The notes below the pieces were generated by a model. The model saw nothing but the letters and a program-made list of their open reading frames with translations, had not been told where the DNA came from and made no database searches. A program made the translations under genes and the position numbers. A stretch of DNA of 64,000 bases from Octopus vulgaris. Its lineage: Eukaryota. Positions 1 to 12,629 of the stretch are shown here, piece after piece (positions within the stretch are counted from its first letter, which is position 1; every line of letters starts with the position of its first letter). The stretch covers positions 101,618,001 to 101,682,000 of the forward strand of contig OX597821.1 of NCBI GenBank assembly GCA_951406725.2, written 5' to 3'.

Positions 1-550
1 GCTAAAATAAAATGAATAAAAGATAACTGCAAAGTATATCACTACCGGACAATGAGTTTGTATTTACTCTATTAATTATAAATACTTTATCAATATCCCT
101 TTACACAAGAAAGAATTCACATATAGGTTTCTTTCATCTGCCAAAACAATATAAAATGTTGATCATAGAATGAAAGGTACACAGTCATAAAGGACTATAA
201 AAATTCATACAGATGATGGAGATGGTGATGATGTTTTCACCCAACTCTTACATAAATCTGTGTAAAGATACTAATAGTCATGAAATAAACCTTACATACT
301 GACATGGAAAATAAAGTAAGAATTATTAATTTAATAAAGGATTATTTCACTAACTCAAAGTGTTCAAAATATTACATAGACCATTCTAAGAATGTTCCAC
401 ATTTCAATAATAATAAAAATAATTCTTTCTAATTTTGGCATAAAGCTAGAAATTTTGAAAGAAGGAGGCTAGCAGATTATGCCATTCTCAGTTCCTGACT
501 AGTTTATCAACTATGAAAGGATGAAAGCAAAGTTGACCTAAGCCTAACTT

Positions 551-857
551 TTTTTTTTATGTTTGTTCCTTCTCAAGCCATGCCTGGCTCATAAGGGCCG
601 GTTTCCTGGCGTATAGGTTCCCCACCTGGATGGGACGCCGGTCCATCGCAGGTGAGCTGCAAGATGCAGGAGGAAAGAATGAGAGAAAGTTGTGGCGAAG
701 GAGTCAGCAGAAGTTTCGCCATTACCTTCTGCTGGAGCCGTGTGAAGCTTAGGTGTTTCACTCATAAACACACACATCGCCTGGTCTGAGATTCGAACCG
801 GCGATCCCTCGACCGCGAGTTCGCTGCTCTAACCACTAGGCCATGTGCCTCCACAAC
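551..857 (-). mobile_element. Young tRNA-derived SINE with V-domain-like core and 8 bp TSD
   Basis: Minus-strand head ggaggcacatggcctagtggttagagc (A box) ... ggttcgaatc (B box). Core ctgcgatggaccggcgtcccatccagg resembles the V-SINE domain. A-rich tail, CpG retained, flanked by cctaactt at 543-550 and 858-865. Confidence 0.85.
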
Positions 858-1418
858 CCTAACTTAGAACATGAAGAGCCTGCTCAGTAGCATAATTGGT
901 AACATGGTCATGTGGTAAGTGTATATTTAATACACTTGAAGTCCAGTTAGCAAGCCTCTTGTTTTAAAGATGGCAATGCTAGGGCTTGGCCATGATCCAC
1001 TGGCTAGCACCAGTAAAAGAGTATTCATTGAATTTTTCCCGTAGGCATAAAGCAAAAAATTTTGGAGGAAAGAGCAGTTGATTAAACTAACCATTATTTT
1101 ATCTTGGAAGAATGAAAGGTAAAGTCAACTCTGTTAAGATTTGAACTCAAAACGTGAAAGGATAAATTTAAGTAGATATAATAATAATAATACTTTCTAC
1201 TAAAGGCACAAGGCTTGAAATTTTGGGGGAAGGGACAAGTTGATTACATCGACCCCAGTGTTTCACTGGTACTTAATTTTTTGACCCTGAAAGGATGTGA
1301 GGCAAAGTCAACCTTGGCAGAATTTGAACTCAGAACGTAGTGGCAGACAAAATACCACCAAGCATTTCGCCTGGTATGCTAACAACTCTGCCTGCTTGCT
1401 GCCTTAATAATAATAATG

Positions 1419-1449
<31 letters not shown>

Positions 1450-1939
1450 TAACCATTTTTAAAAGTGATGTAATTCCATAAATTTTTGAGGAAAGAATAA
1501 ACAATTATATCAAATCTAGTTGATGTAACTATTAACTGGTACTTTATTTTATTAAACTTCAGAATGACGAAAGGCAGAGTTGACTTGGACAGGATTTGAA
1601 CTCAGAATGTAAAGAGATGTAACTAATACTACAATGTACTTTGACCAACACTTTACTGATTCTGCCAGCAAATTGCTCTACTAATATAGATAACATCAAT
1701 CATAATAATTCTTTCTTATATAAGTACAGGGCCAATGCTTTTGAAGAGAGAAGGGTTAGTTGATACCATCAATCCCAGTACTAGGCTAGTATTGTATTTT
1801 ATTGATTCTGAAGGGATGAAAGGCAAAGTTGACCTTGAGAATATTTGAAGTGAGAATGTAAAGGGACATAACTAGACACTTCCACTGCTTTACTGACTTT
1901 GCCAACATACTGCTCTACACATGTCAATAATAATAATAA

Positions 1940-2495
1940 TAAATGCCCTGATGCGGTACCAAACACTGGCTCTCATGGCTTCTGATTGGAAGTGTTATCA
2001 TGTACATTGTTTTGTCTTGGTATAAAAGAAGGGCTACAGTAAATATTCTACTCAAAACCACAAATTTGCCTGTCAGTTGTTTGACCTTAACCAGCTGAGC
2101 ATGTCCCTTGGTGGCTGACAATATGTGCATCTCTAATCATAAGCAGAAGTAGTAAGGGAGCATCATAGCCATGTGCTGAGAGGAATTCTTTGGGGTTTGG
2201 ATAATTCACCTTTGGAAACATGGGTGTTTTGTTCAATATCCTTAAACAACCCTTATTCAGTGACCTTTTGAGCAGGATGGGTTACTCAACCAGAAGAAAA
2301 ATTCCAACTGAGCCCTACCTGCAAGGTCATGCACTGTTTATCTTGATATGAGATCACCATGTTGCACACATATCGTTGTGATGCATGTGCCTGGTGTACC
2401 CTCATCAGATGGGTAGTCATGATGGGTATACTGGGCTTTGTATATTTTACCCTGGTGTCACTTTGATGGCATGCACTGCTCTCTCACTCAATAAT
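1940..2495. mobile_element. ~550 bp interspersed repeat flanked by (AAT)n, family unassigned
   Basis: GC-richer block bounded on both sides by AAT tracts and ending ctctctcactc(aat)n; resembles an abundant octopus repeat I recall. Confidence 0.55.
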
Positions 2496-3809
2496 AATCA
2501 TCATCATCAATAATAATAATAGTTTCAGATTTTGGCACAAGGCCAGCAAGTTAAAGGAGGGGACTAAGTCAATTATGTCGACCCCAGTGCTCAGCTGGTA
2601 CTTATTTTTATCAACCCTAAAAGGATGGAAGGCAGAGTCAATCTCAGTGGTATTTGAACTCAGAACATTAGGTTGGATGAAATAATGCAAACCATTTTGC
2701 CCAGTGTGCTAATGATTCTGCAAGCTCACCACCTCAATAATCATAATAATAATAATAATAATAGTAGTAGTAGTAGTAGTAGTAATAGTAGTAGTAATAA
2801 TACAACAATGATAATTCTAATTTTTGCACAAAGCCTGCAGTTTTAATGGGGGAGGCCATGTCGATTACATTGACTCGTACTCTATTTTATTGACCCTGAA
2901 GGGATATAAGGAAAAGCTGACCTTGGAGGGATTTGAATGCAGAACATTAAGAGCCAATAGGAATACCGCTAAGCATTTTGTCGAACATGTTTACAATTCT
3001 ACCAGCACATCATGATGATGATGGTGATGATGATAAACTACATGTTAAAGTGTATCTCATAAAATTTAGAACTCATTTTTTTTTTTGACCACTTAAAATA
3101 AATTTAAAAAAAAACTTGGTAAAGTAAAGGTTTGAACCAGGATTAGATCCTATTATTGACATTCCTACAGTAGCACTTGCAACAAACTATACTGCTACCA
3201 AACATACATACCAAGAGATGAGGGGGCAGGGTTCTTTGTTTTAAAGGCAACAGAAGATTATCAACAGAAAAAAACAGCAGTAATAATAATAAATTATTTG
3301 AATAACAATGATGCAGAGCGACAGAGAGAGAGAGCGAGAGAGAGAGTGAGTGAGGATGGAAACTATCCTAGTAGTTTTCAGCTTAATTGATTAATGATGA
3401 AGTGTACAAAATGATAAGTAGGAAACAACAAAATGGCTACCTAAATTTTTTTTCTCTCTCTCTCTCTGTCTCTTCAGTATAGAAAATCAATAGAACAGTA
3501 GAAGTGTCACATGACAAAGCAGTAGTTGGAGTCAAGCAGCTGGTGAGCTTTGTTTTTCCCCCCCTTTTTTATTTATTTTATCAATTCATGTTATTGTTGG
3601 CTTTATTATTATTATTATTATTATTGTTATTATTATTATTATTATTATTACTTTATATTATGTAGATTAGCATCGGGGAAGAAAATAAGTACAGTTAAAG
3701 TGGACAGGTACCGATTTTCTAGAGCAATCGATACTGTGATGGAAGTAAGGAAGATATGGATATTGGTTGCAGTAGAAATTCAGTCCAAACCCATTTTATA
3801 ATCACCTTT

Positions 3810-3844
<35 letters not shown>

Positions 3845-3949
3845 GTTTGTTATGTTAGTTAGTGTAGGCGTATGTAAGTGGGTGTATGTTTGTTTGTGTA
3901 GGTAGGTGGGTGTCTGTTAGTATAATGTGATGTGAACATGTGTGCGAGT

Positions 3950-3982
<33 letters not shown>

Positions 3983-4656
3983 AAGTAAGCCAAGTAACCA
4001 AACTGCCCAGTTGTTGAGGAGATTCTGCAGCAATGTAGCAGTGGTTTTCTTTGAACAGAACGCTTGTTAGAAATATTGATTTTCAGAATGTCATGACAAG
4101 TAGCAGTAGTGATGCCTATAGCTGCACACAAGCAACAAAGTGTAGAGAAAGTGAACACTAGATTGTTGCATTCAAAGGAGCACATTAACAATTTCAATAG
4201 CTGTCAGGAGAGTGCCAAGGCAAGCTTTTCTTAATAATCTATATTGTAGTTTGAGTATTAGCCATTTTATTTAATTACCAACACCTCATGAGGATTAATT
4301 CTAAATATAACAAAAATCTTTTAAATTTGTAATGACATTGAACTTATTCAGAAAACAATAACATCAACACAAAATATTATTACAAATGAAAAATTTTGTG
4401 GGTGTTTAGCACCAAGTCAGGCCTGGTCAGCCAGACCTATGACCAAATACGCTCCAGACATGACCATTCCATCACATTTTTAGATATGGTGTTTCTAGGA
4501 TGACATTGTCTTATGTTCCCTTCTGTCTATTTCTAACAGGTTAAGCAATCATGTAGTAGTTCTTCCAAATGAAATTAGTAGACTGCGGAGAAACCACTTA
4601 TGAAAATATATGTGGTTTTTTAATATTGTTAATGCCAAATTTCATTACTATTTACC

Positions 4657-4658
<2 letters not shown>

Positions 4659-4692
<34 letters not shown>

Positions 4693-4747
4693 AATATATA
4701 CATGCACATACATATATACATGTACATACACACATACATGTGTGTGG

Positions 4748-4789
<42 letters not shown>

Positions 4790-4840
4790 GACAGATAAAT
4801 AAAAATAGACATAGATAAATAGATAGATAGATAGATACAG
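4659..4840. repeat. (CA)n...(TG)n(TA)n(TAGA)n compound microsatellite
   Basis: Direct inspection. Further (TA)n/(CA)n tracts at ~12580-12625, 19119-19168, 26932-26982, 32550-32790, 33330-33373, 33562-33615 and 34637-34717. Confidence 0.95.
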
Positions 4841-5149
4841 GCAAAGAACATGAGATAATATAAGGGTAGATTTAATATCTCATAAAAATATTAACTATTT
4901 TTCACAATTATTTCCTTAATTATTTCTAGCAACCAGAATATATGCAAAATGAAAACAATAAATTCTGTCTAGAAGAAAGATTAACCAAAATATCAGCACA
5001 AGTTATATATATAGTTACTGCAATGGTTTTATGCTGATATGTCTACTCCCCATCCCACACTTTGATTTCCCTTAAACTTATCAGGACATGCTGCTTCAGA
5101 AGATAACCCTATAGAAATTAGCTTATTCTCAGACAGTGAAACAGAAGCA

Positions 5150-5560
5150 ACATTTATACCTAGTAACCATAGATAGCCACTCTGCTTGTCAAATGCACCT
5201 CCACTTTTTTTTATCATGACAAATATGACCAGCCACTATTATTCTAGTCATCTCAATCTGCCTGTCGACTGTAAGCTGTTACCCTACACTTCTAGGAATT
5301 CCTTCTCCCCAAACAAACTCATCAACCTACCATATGCTAGCCACATCTGTGAGCACCTTTAAAAGCATTATGGAGAGATGTAGCTCCCTAACCAGTCAAG
5401 CAAATCCAGTCTACTTTGAGTTTCCTTCCACACAGCAAACTAATACATTCTGAATAAAATTCACCAGTCAAGTGTAAACACGAAGAAGCCTTATCTTCCT
5501 TTTCATACCTCCATACTGCAAGCATCCATAGCAAATTCATAAAAGGATATGAGCCAAACT
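5150..5560 (-). pseudogene. Highly decayed RTE-like LINE ORF2 fragment (thumb region)
   Basis: Broken frames resemble the 58.5-58.8 kb element (GRKLKVDWIC vs GEKLEVVDSFC; LAYGRLMSL vs IAWAKFREL). Confidence 0.35.
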
Positions 5561-6019
5561 GAAGGTAACCTGACAAAGGGAGCAGTAACTTGGAATGAAA
5601 TTTGGCATGAGGGAAATGACAACTTCACACAAGTACAATAAGTCTGAATAAAAAGAGACACAGCATAGAAGGTGTACTTTAGTTCTGATAGACAACTTGT
5701 AGTGTTGGTGGCAATTAAAATGCAACCAGTCCATGCTGTAAAGTGGTTGAAGATAGGATGGGCACCCAACCAATAAAATCATATCCAAATCCTGCCATTC
5801 ACAAATACAATGGTAAACCGTAATTGCATGTACAGGACTAACACTTACCATGTTAGTGCTACTCATATTAGTGGGTAGTCTGGTACCTGGCTATGGGTGG
5901 AACCCTTTGTCTGTCATCAAATGATCACATTGACTCTCTTTCTAAACAGATACAGAAAACAGACATCAAGCAACCCACCCAACACAGGAAATCTCTTTTT
6001 CCTATCAGGTACAATAGTT

Positions 6020-6535
6020 TAGAAGTGTCACCATTAACACTGGCATGACAAAAGAGATCTGGAGAAATTGTAAAGATGCTGGAGTTGGTGAGTAGATATG
6101 TGATGTTCACAAATGGGAAGAAGGAAAGGAGCCTCAGTTAGACTTCTTACAAACAAACAAACAATGCTGGCATGAATTCTTCTGGGTAGGTAACAGACCA
6201 GTAGGAACATTATCAGTAGAGAAATAAATAAAGTAATTGAGCCAGTCAGGGTATATGACGAAATAATTAGATTAAGATTTAATTGTTCTTTCACATGTTC
6301 AGCAGTCAGGACTAACAAGTGAACCAAAAAAAAGGGGGTTCCATGAGGCCCACTTGCAAACTACATTGATAATGAAAAATGGCACTAACCTTGTTAATAT
6401 AGCTTGTAACCTTAATGTATATGTTGGGAAACATCATGAAGCTATGGATATGGTACAAGAAATGACAGACTATCAAGGGTTTTGGAGTTTTGAGGTGCAA
6501 TATCACTTTCTGGTGATCAACCAACCACATCATCA
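6020..6535 (+). pseudogene. Decayed APE endonuclease of an RTE-clade LINE
   Basis: Frameshifted motifs TINTG..RSGEIVKMLE, KGASVRLLT, KVIEPVRVYDEIIRLR, IACNLNVYVG (GDFNGHVG-like), GYGTRND and RVLEF. Confidence 0.65.
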
Positions 6536-7764
6536 CCTACCAAATAAACTCTATACTCACCAGGAAATGGAATAGGGAATTGTGTGTGAAGAATGTACAA
6601 CTCAGCATTGACTAATGATCAGGGTAAAAGATAGAGGGAATCATGGACACAGAAGGTATGGCAGGTGAAAGAACCCTCAACTAGACATAGGTCCAAAGAA
6701 GCACTTGTCAATACATAAAATGAGAAGGAGGAGGAAATACAGATTTACAAAACAGGACAGTTGGCAGTTTCAATATGACAACCTGCTGAGAAAAGTTCCA
6801 GCCAGATGGCAGGTGACATGGTAGTAGAATAGTATGATAGACACAGCTATAAAAGCTGAAAGATGAAGAAAAAAAGGAGAGCAAGGAACAAGGTAGCAAA
6901 ATAAAAAAAAAACTAGGTGTCAGGTACATAGGTTTATCCATGTCTGATTTTGGAAATTTGTGTCAAGTGTCATATGTGTTCTTCACCATTATTTTGTTAC
7001 ACACACACACTACACACAAGGGTGGAGGCATATAGCCTAGTGGTTCAGGTATTCAGCTTATGATCATAAAGTCCTGGGTTCAATTTCTGAACCAAGAGTT
7101 GTGTGGCATTCTTGAGCAAGACACTTTATTTCATATTATTCCAGTCTATTCAATAGTAATGAGTACCAGCTGGATGGTAACACTTGAAGCATCGTTAATT
7201 GTAGGTCTGCTTAATGAAGATTGATCTGAGACTAAAACACAACTCATATACAAAATCTATAGTATCTTACTTAATGTAAACTAGAATAGGAAGAAACATC
7301 TTTAGTATAAGAATAGTATATAACAATTTTTGATTTAATTTGTGCTGTATCTTGGAAGGGTCATTATGCCAATAAAACACATGCACTGGTTGTTTTCCTC
7401 AAGTATGCATTAAGAAGTTTTTCTATTTAATCATGTTCCTGTGGTTGCATCTTTTCATCTTAGGCCAGCTATCAACTGACATTCTGCTGGATTAGGAAGG
7501 CATACTATCCCTCTGTTCATAACACGTTTAATTTTTGTAGGGTGTTTGTGATCTCTGTGCCAAATTCTTGTACCTCACAATGTTGAATCTCCCAAGATAC
7601 AACAAAATCTGTTTTCAACACATGATTTCACACCAAGAATCTTGAAAACTAAGTACAAAAATGAAACATTTAAATTGTACTTTCTCAAAATTGCAAAATG
7701 TATGAAAGGGCACATAAGTAAAGACCACTGTCAATTAAATAATTATTAAAAACTAAAGTATTTC

Positions 7765-7915
7765 ATGGCGTTAGGAAGGGCATCCAGCCGTAGAAACACT
7801 GCCAGATCTGACTGGGCCTGACGAAGCCTTCCAGCTTCACAGACCCCAGTTGACCCGTCCAACCCATGCTAGCATGGAAAGCGGACGCTAAACGATGATG
7901 ATGATGATGATGATG
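7765..7915 (+). mobile_element. 3' terminus of the RTE LINE or of a SINE sharing its tail, ending in (GAT)n
   Basis: Near-identical to 59440-59565. Further copies at ~21400-21465(+), 21745-21925(-), 27120-27230(+), 28890-28950(-), 46880-47050(-) and 63085-63440(-). Confidence 0.8.
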
Positions 7916-8439
7916 TAAGAGGAGCCTGATTGGAAACATGATCTTTGAAAGGTTAATAACCAAACAAAACTAAGTCATTTGGAAAACAAGTATTGAATGT
8001 GAATTATATTTTAAAGAACAGTTGAAGATGATAAAGTTAAAACAAAAATGAAGGAGGCATAGCATAATCTACACCTTGCCAAAGATCTCTTGGATCACAT
8101 GGACAACAAGTATAAGACTGATTAGGTTTAACATGGTACTTGAAATCTTAAAGGTCTGAATTTTACATAAAACACATGGGAGGTAATGTTTAACAGCAAC
8201 ATCTAAATACTGGTCTAAGCACTTTATAGTAGTTTCATCCATCATGATTCAGAGTTCAAATTGCACTGTGGTCAATTCTCCTATTAATCTCTCCAGATTA
8301 AAGGAATGAGTTGATTAAGTGATAATACAAGACAAAAGTTGACATTGTGCCTCAGTAAGAATCTAATAGCTATAAAATCATTTTTTTTCTTTAGTAATAA
8401 AATATGATAAATGATGAATCCTGTCAAATATACCACATT

Positions 8440-10205
8440 GAAAATAATTTCATAATTTTTGGCTTAGGCTCCAAGGGAAAAGTATGCAGTACCTTTTTGT
8501 GACACCTTAATTTTTGAGGCAAGTGTAGATTTTTAGACTTACTTTTGTATCTCAGGTGTGCTTTTGAAAAGACTTCACCTAAAGAGTTTCTCCATGGTTA
8601 TTTATGATACATAACATAATACATATAATTATAAAAATCTTAAAAATACAACTACTAGTCAAGAAATATATTTTAGAACAAAAACTTACCTTAATTAAGA
8701 ATATTTCATATATTTTAGTCACAATTATCTTTTATAAAAAAAAAAGTGTATTCAATGAGACATGTTTAATTTCAGATTACTTAAATCGAAACATGACTCC
8801 TCCAAGAAAAGTCCTGGGTTCCTGAAAGTACCAGAAGCACAATCTGCTGCTTGACAGTGTCCTGGATATCATCAGTGATAGAAGGTCACTACGAAATTTT
8901 ATCTTTAGTACCAACATACATTAGGATATCCTCTTGAAGGCTCTGCTTCATTATCATCAATGTAAAGCTCAATACACCATCTCCTTTTGCTCCCCTCACC
9001 CCAGATGACAGCTGGTTGGGCTGCAATGTAGGTTTTTCTTGAGACAATTCTTGTGATTTTGAATAGTGATTCTAGATCCTGTCAATGTTCCCATTATCTC
9101 ATCCCCATTCAGAAATCCCATCACCTCCTCTACTTATCAGTCATCCCCAGGGATCACAATTAGGTTTTCTGATAATTTGTTGATCTTATAAAGATTAACA
9201 AATGATTCACTGGTTTTAGATCTATGCTTCCAGGAATTCTTCAGGTCAAATGATTTCTGACTGACAGATGTGTTTGGTTCCTTGTCAGATGCAACAGACC
9301 CTCCCTGCTCTTTACATTCACAAAAACTCATTGGCCTTCACTTTCTTTTCCACATTCTCTTCTGTTTCCGTTTGTTACTCCATGTCATCTCTATAGCATT
9401 TTAGTTCTTGAGGACACTCAGTCTCATTGACATGCTTAGCAATGAACAATATGAAGAGGATCAAAGATTACCTTATCTTTGATCCTTTTCACACTGAACA
9501 GTCAGTTTGGATGTTGGAGCTTACGGAGAAATAAGAGAACTGAACTTGGTCAAGTACCTCCCAAAATTTTTAGTTTTACTAGGTAAGTTCTTCTGTTGGT
9601 TAGCAAAAGTGTATGGAGAGAGCTGCTAGTACAATAGTGGAATAATTGCTTTAATATTCTCACTTGCATTGATTCTAGACCTCTTGCAGCCTAGAGACAC
9701 ATCTCTCCCAAAAGAAGGTAATTGAAACCATTTTGTCCTTCATTTTCACAAGTGTCCACTCTAAATGATATTTAATAATAATGTCTAACTTTTTATCTGA
9801 AGGGTCACTGCAGAATTTAGGAAGGATAGCAACCAGCAAATTCTTGTTTGCTCTCTCAGTACAGTTGAGGAAAAGCATTGTCACTGTGTACATAAAATTA
9901 GAAGGAACTTTGAATCCTGATATTATGAAATCATTCTTAAGGTAAATCTTATATGCTTAAATATTTCTTAGTAAACAATTGTACTTTTCAGATCTTTTAA
10001 TTAAATTTATAACTTTATATCATAAATAATCCATTCAGAAAAAATCATTTTTAGAGGAAGTCTTTACTCAAAGCAAACCTGAGAAATGAGAAAAAATTTA
10101 AAAATCAACTCTTTTCACAAAAATTAAGGTATGGCAATACAAAAGGGTACTGCACATCATTTTCTTGGATCCCAAACCAAAAGTTTTGTCATTTCGTGAC
10201 AAAAT
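8440..10205. mobile_element. Decayed DNA transposon with ~250 bp terminal inverted repeats
   Basis: 8440-8690 aligns with the reverse complement of ~9945-10205 (e.g. tgcagtacc.ttttgt, accttaatttttg, tctcaggt.tgcttt, aaagacttc, ttatttatg). The ~1.25 kb interior is GC-richer and looks like broken coding sequence. Confidence 0.7.
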
Positions 10206-11005
10206 AGAATACAAAATACTCAGCCCTAAGAAAAAAAAAAAAATAAATGGGACCTAAGTCTTAATTTTGCTCAACAGTTAGGAGCTTAATTTCGTTTAAT
10301 TACTTATCACATCTTATGGTCAATTAGTGTACTGACCAATAAGATATCTTTAAAATATCTCAAGATGTTTGGAAGCTAAGATTTCATTTCATTTTATGTT
10401 TTTAATTTGGCTGACAGACTTAATCTGTTGTCCAGTTTAACATCATCACCTGGTCCTTAGGAGTCTTTCGTGGAGCCCACTCTGCTGTAAACATTTGGGT
10501 CAGGTCTCTGATTTAAGGATACCTTCCTCCCTCTCACCAGTGTTTAAGGCCCTGGACAGGGTTATGAGTATAGTCCACCCACCTTGACTGAACATTGAAA
10601 TATAAACTCCTAAACATGTTGCATAAATATAATAAAAGTGGATTAATTACTAATTAGTGAACAGAGATGAAATGCTGTATTATAAGTGTAATATAAAATA
10701 TGAGTAATGCTAATGTTTTCACTGGAATATCTTTTAGAAAGACATTCGATTCTATTGACTTCAGTTTATCCATTTGAAGAATTATTTTATTCTTCTAAGA
10801 TAATTACCTGCAACATCAGATCTAAAGGAAATTTACCACTCATTCATTTAATGGCATAATAAAAATGGTTGAAGCACTAATAGCTCAGAGGTTTAAAGAA
10901 AGAACTGACTGCTTAATACAAGATCTTGTGGTATTTAAAAAAAATATAGACTCTTTTTTATAAGTTATGCAATAAAATGAAACAAAAGAAATATTTGGTA
11001 CACAC

Positions 11006-11124
11006 CAGTCTTGCACAGCATTGAAGGATTCTTCATTTGTGACATCATACATTAATATAAATCCCATAGCCCCTCTGTAATATGCTGTTGTAATAGTTCG
11101 GTATCGTTCTTGGCCAGCTGTGTC
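11006..11124 (-). CDS. Rab3: Rab3 coding exon 2 (119 nt, [40 protein letters not shown])
   Basis: Continues the WDTAGQE G3 motif in frame from the previous exon. Acceptor is ttttgtcattacag; donor is TG|GTGTGT (phase 2), matching the Rab3 exon boundary I recall from vertebrates. Confidence 0.96.
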
Positions 11125-12585
11125 CTGTAATGACAAAAAGTAAAATAAATAGTTTCTTTTCAGTTATTCCATTGACAAAACACAACTTTGCAATTAACAT
11201 ATTATCAATATGGTCTCAAATGTATTTCTAAGTCATTTTGTTAAATACAGTAAGTACAAAAAATGTAAGAAGGTTGCAGTAAAGGAAGTAAGAGAATATG
11301 ATGATCAAAGCCAGTGCTCATCTCTTTATCCTTCATTTTTTAAAAATGTTTTCTCTTCAAGTCCACAGCAATTCAACTTGAATATTAACCTCAGCCAGCT
11401 ATCCTGATTCCTCAGTTTACAAAGGCCAAAACAGCCCCATGATTATCGTTCTCAGACTAAACATTTAAAGCACTTCATCTTATCCACATAGTGAACCTTT
11501 TGAATAAAAAGTAAGGCAAAATCTTCACCACTTATTTACTTTCCAGGCTTGTTATAAGATTCACTGGAGATCTTTAGAAAATACCATGTCAACCCATCCT
11601 AGGGAATTATCTATAAGTGTCTGAAGGTGAAACATCTCTTGTTGGCAGCTGAAATTTCATTTTGCACAGTCTTTTAAAACCAAACTCTAAGCCTGTCACA
11701 TCATCACAACTGTTCAGATATACGCTATGGCTTTTTAAAGAAATAATTTAATTATGACTAGACAATTTAAAAGAAAAAAAGTAAAAAAGAAACAAAATTA
11801 CGTTAGCAATTGGGTAATGTTATGAAGGCTTACAAGATTATGCCAGAGTTTAGAAAGGATAGCTACTTTAATAATTTAAAAGTTTAAAAGTTCTGTTTCC
11901 TTAATTTTGTCTAATTTAAGTCAAATACTTGGAAGAATTCTTTTTTCCTTATGCATAAATTATAATTTAGGCACATTTCTTAAATTAAAACAATTATTTC
12001 TGTTGGATTTGTTTGCATCTTACACACAAGAAAATAGAGAAAAAAACAAAAGAGCATTTTGTATTATTGTATATTATTTTGTAGTGTCCAATATAATTAT
12101 CATCATAATGTCTTACTATCATAATGTATATATTGAAATGAAAGCTATTTAGTTCATAAGTGTTTTCAATTTACCTATATTATGGCATCCCAGTTTCCAA
12201 GTCTTTTAGCCTGATTGTCCTGTAAGGGTTACAGGATGATCAGGTTAATTAGACAAATAATCATTTTTATGCCAGAAAGATGAAAAGGCCAATTTATTTA
12301 AGAAGATACAGAATTTTCTATGCTTTCTGAAATTCAAATACTTGAAATAGAATTTTAAATAATACCACTAAGTCTTTTTAAATTTGATCATTAAGCTTTA
12401 AAGAGTTAACACTTCTATTATGATAATGTATTATAGTGCAAGTTATAAACATTATGATGATATATAGCCAAGGTTACCCATGAAAATGACTGGTAGTCTT
12501 AGTTATTAATGCTAGTAAATAATTCTTTTATTCAAGTGATACAGTAGTCCTGCCACACACACACACACACACTTATATATATATG

Positions 12586-12627
<42 letters not shown>

Positions 12628-12629
12628 GG

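Larger units (their letters stand above)
420..3010 (-). mobile_element. Cluster of ~7 same-orientation copies of a tRNA-derived SINE (Meta-SINE-like core)
   Basis: Repeated ggcacaagg...gattacatcgaccccagt...ggtactta...gaaaggatgaaaggcaaagtYgacct...atttgaactcagaac at ~420-545, 1030-1160, 1192-1405, 1460-1680, 1705-1915, 2520-2735 and 2815-3010, separated by (AAT)n. Confidence 0.85.

Noticed and set aside
780-855. tRNA gene
   Set aside because: No acceptor-stem pairing at the 3' side; continues into a SINE body with tail and TSD.
2395-2412. CTGATGA hammerhead core on the minus strand
   Set aside because: No GAAA after the short GG/CC stem.
1-11005. Rab3 exons 3 and 4 (TQIKTYSWDNAQV..GNKCD..; C-terminal CxC)
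   Set aside because: Manual search for WDN and GNKCD codons on the minus strand found nothing; they probably lie beyond the window's left edge.
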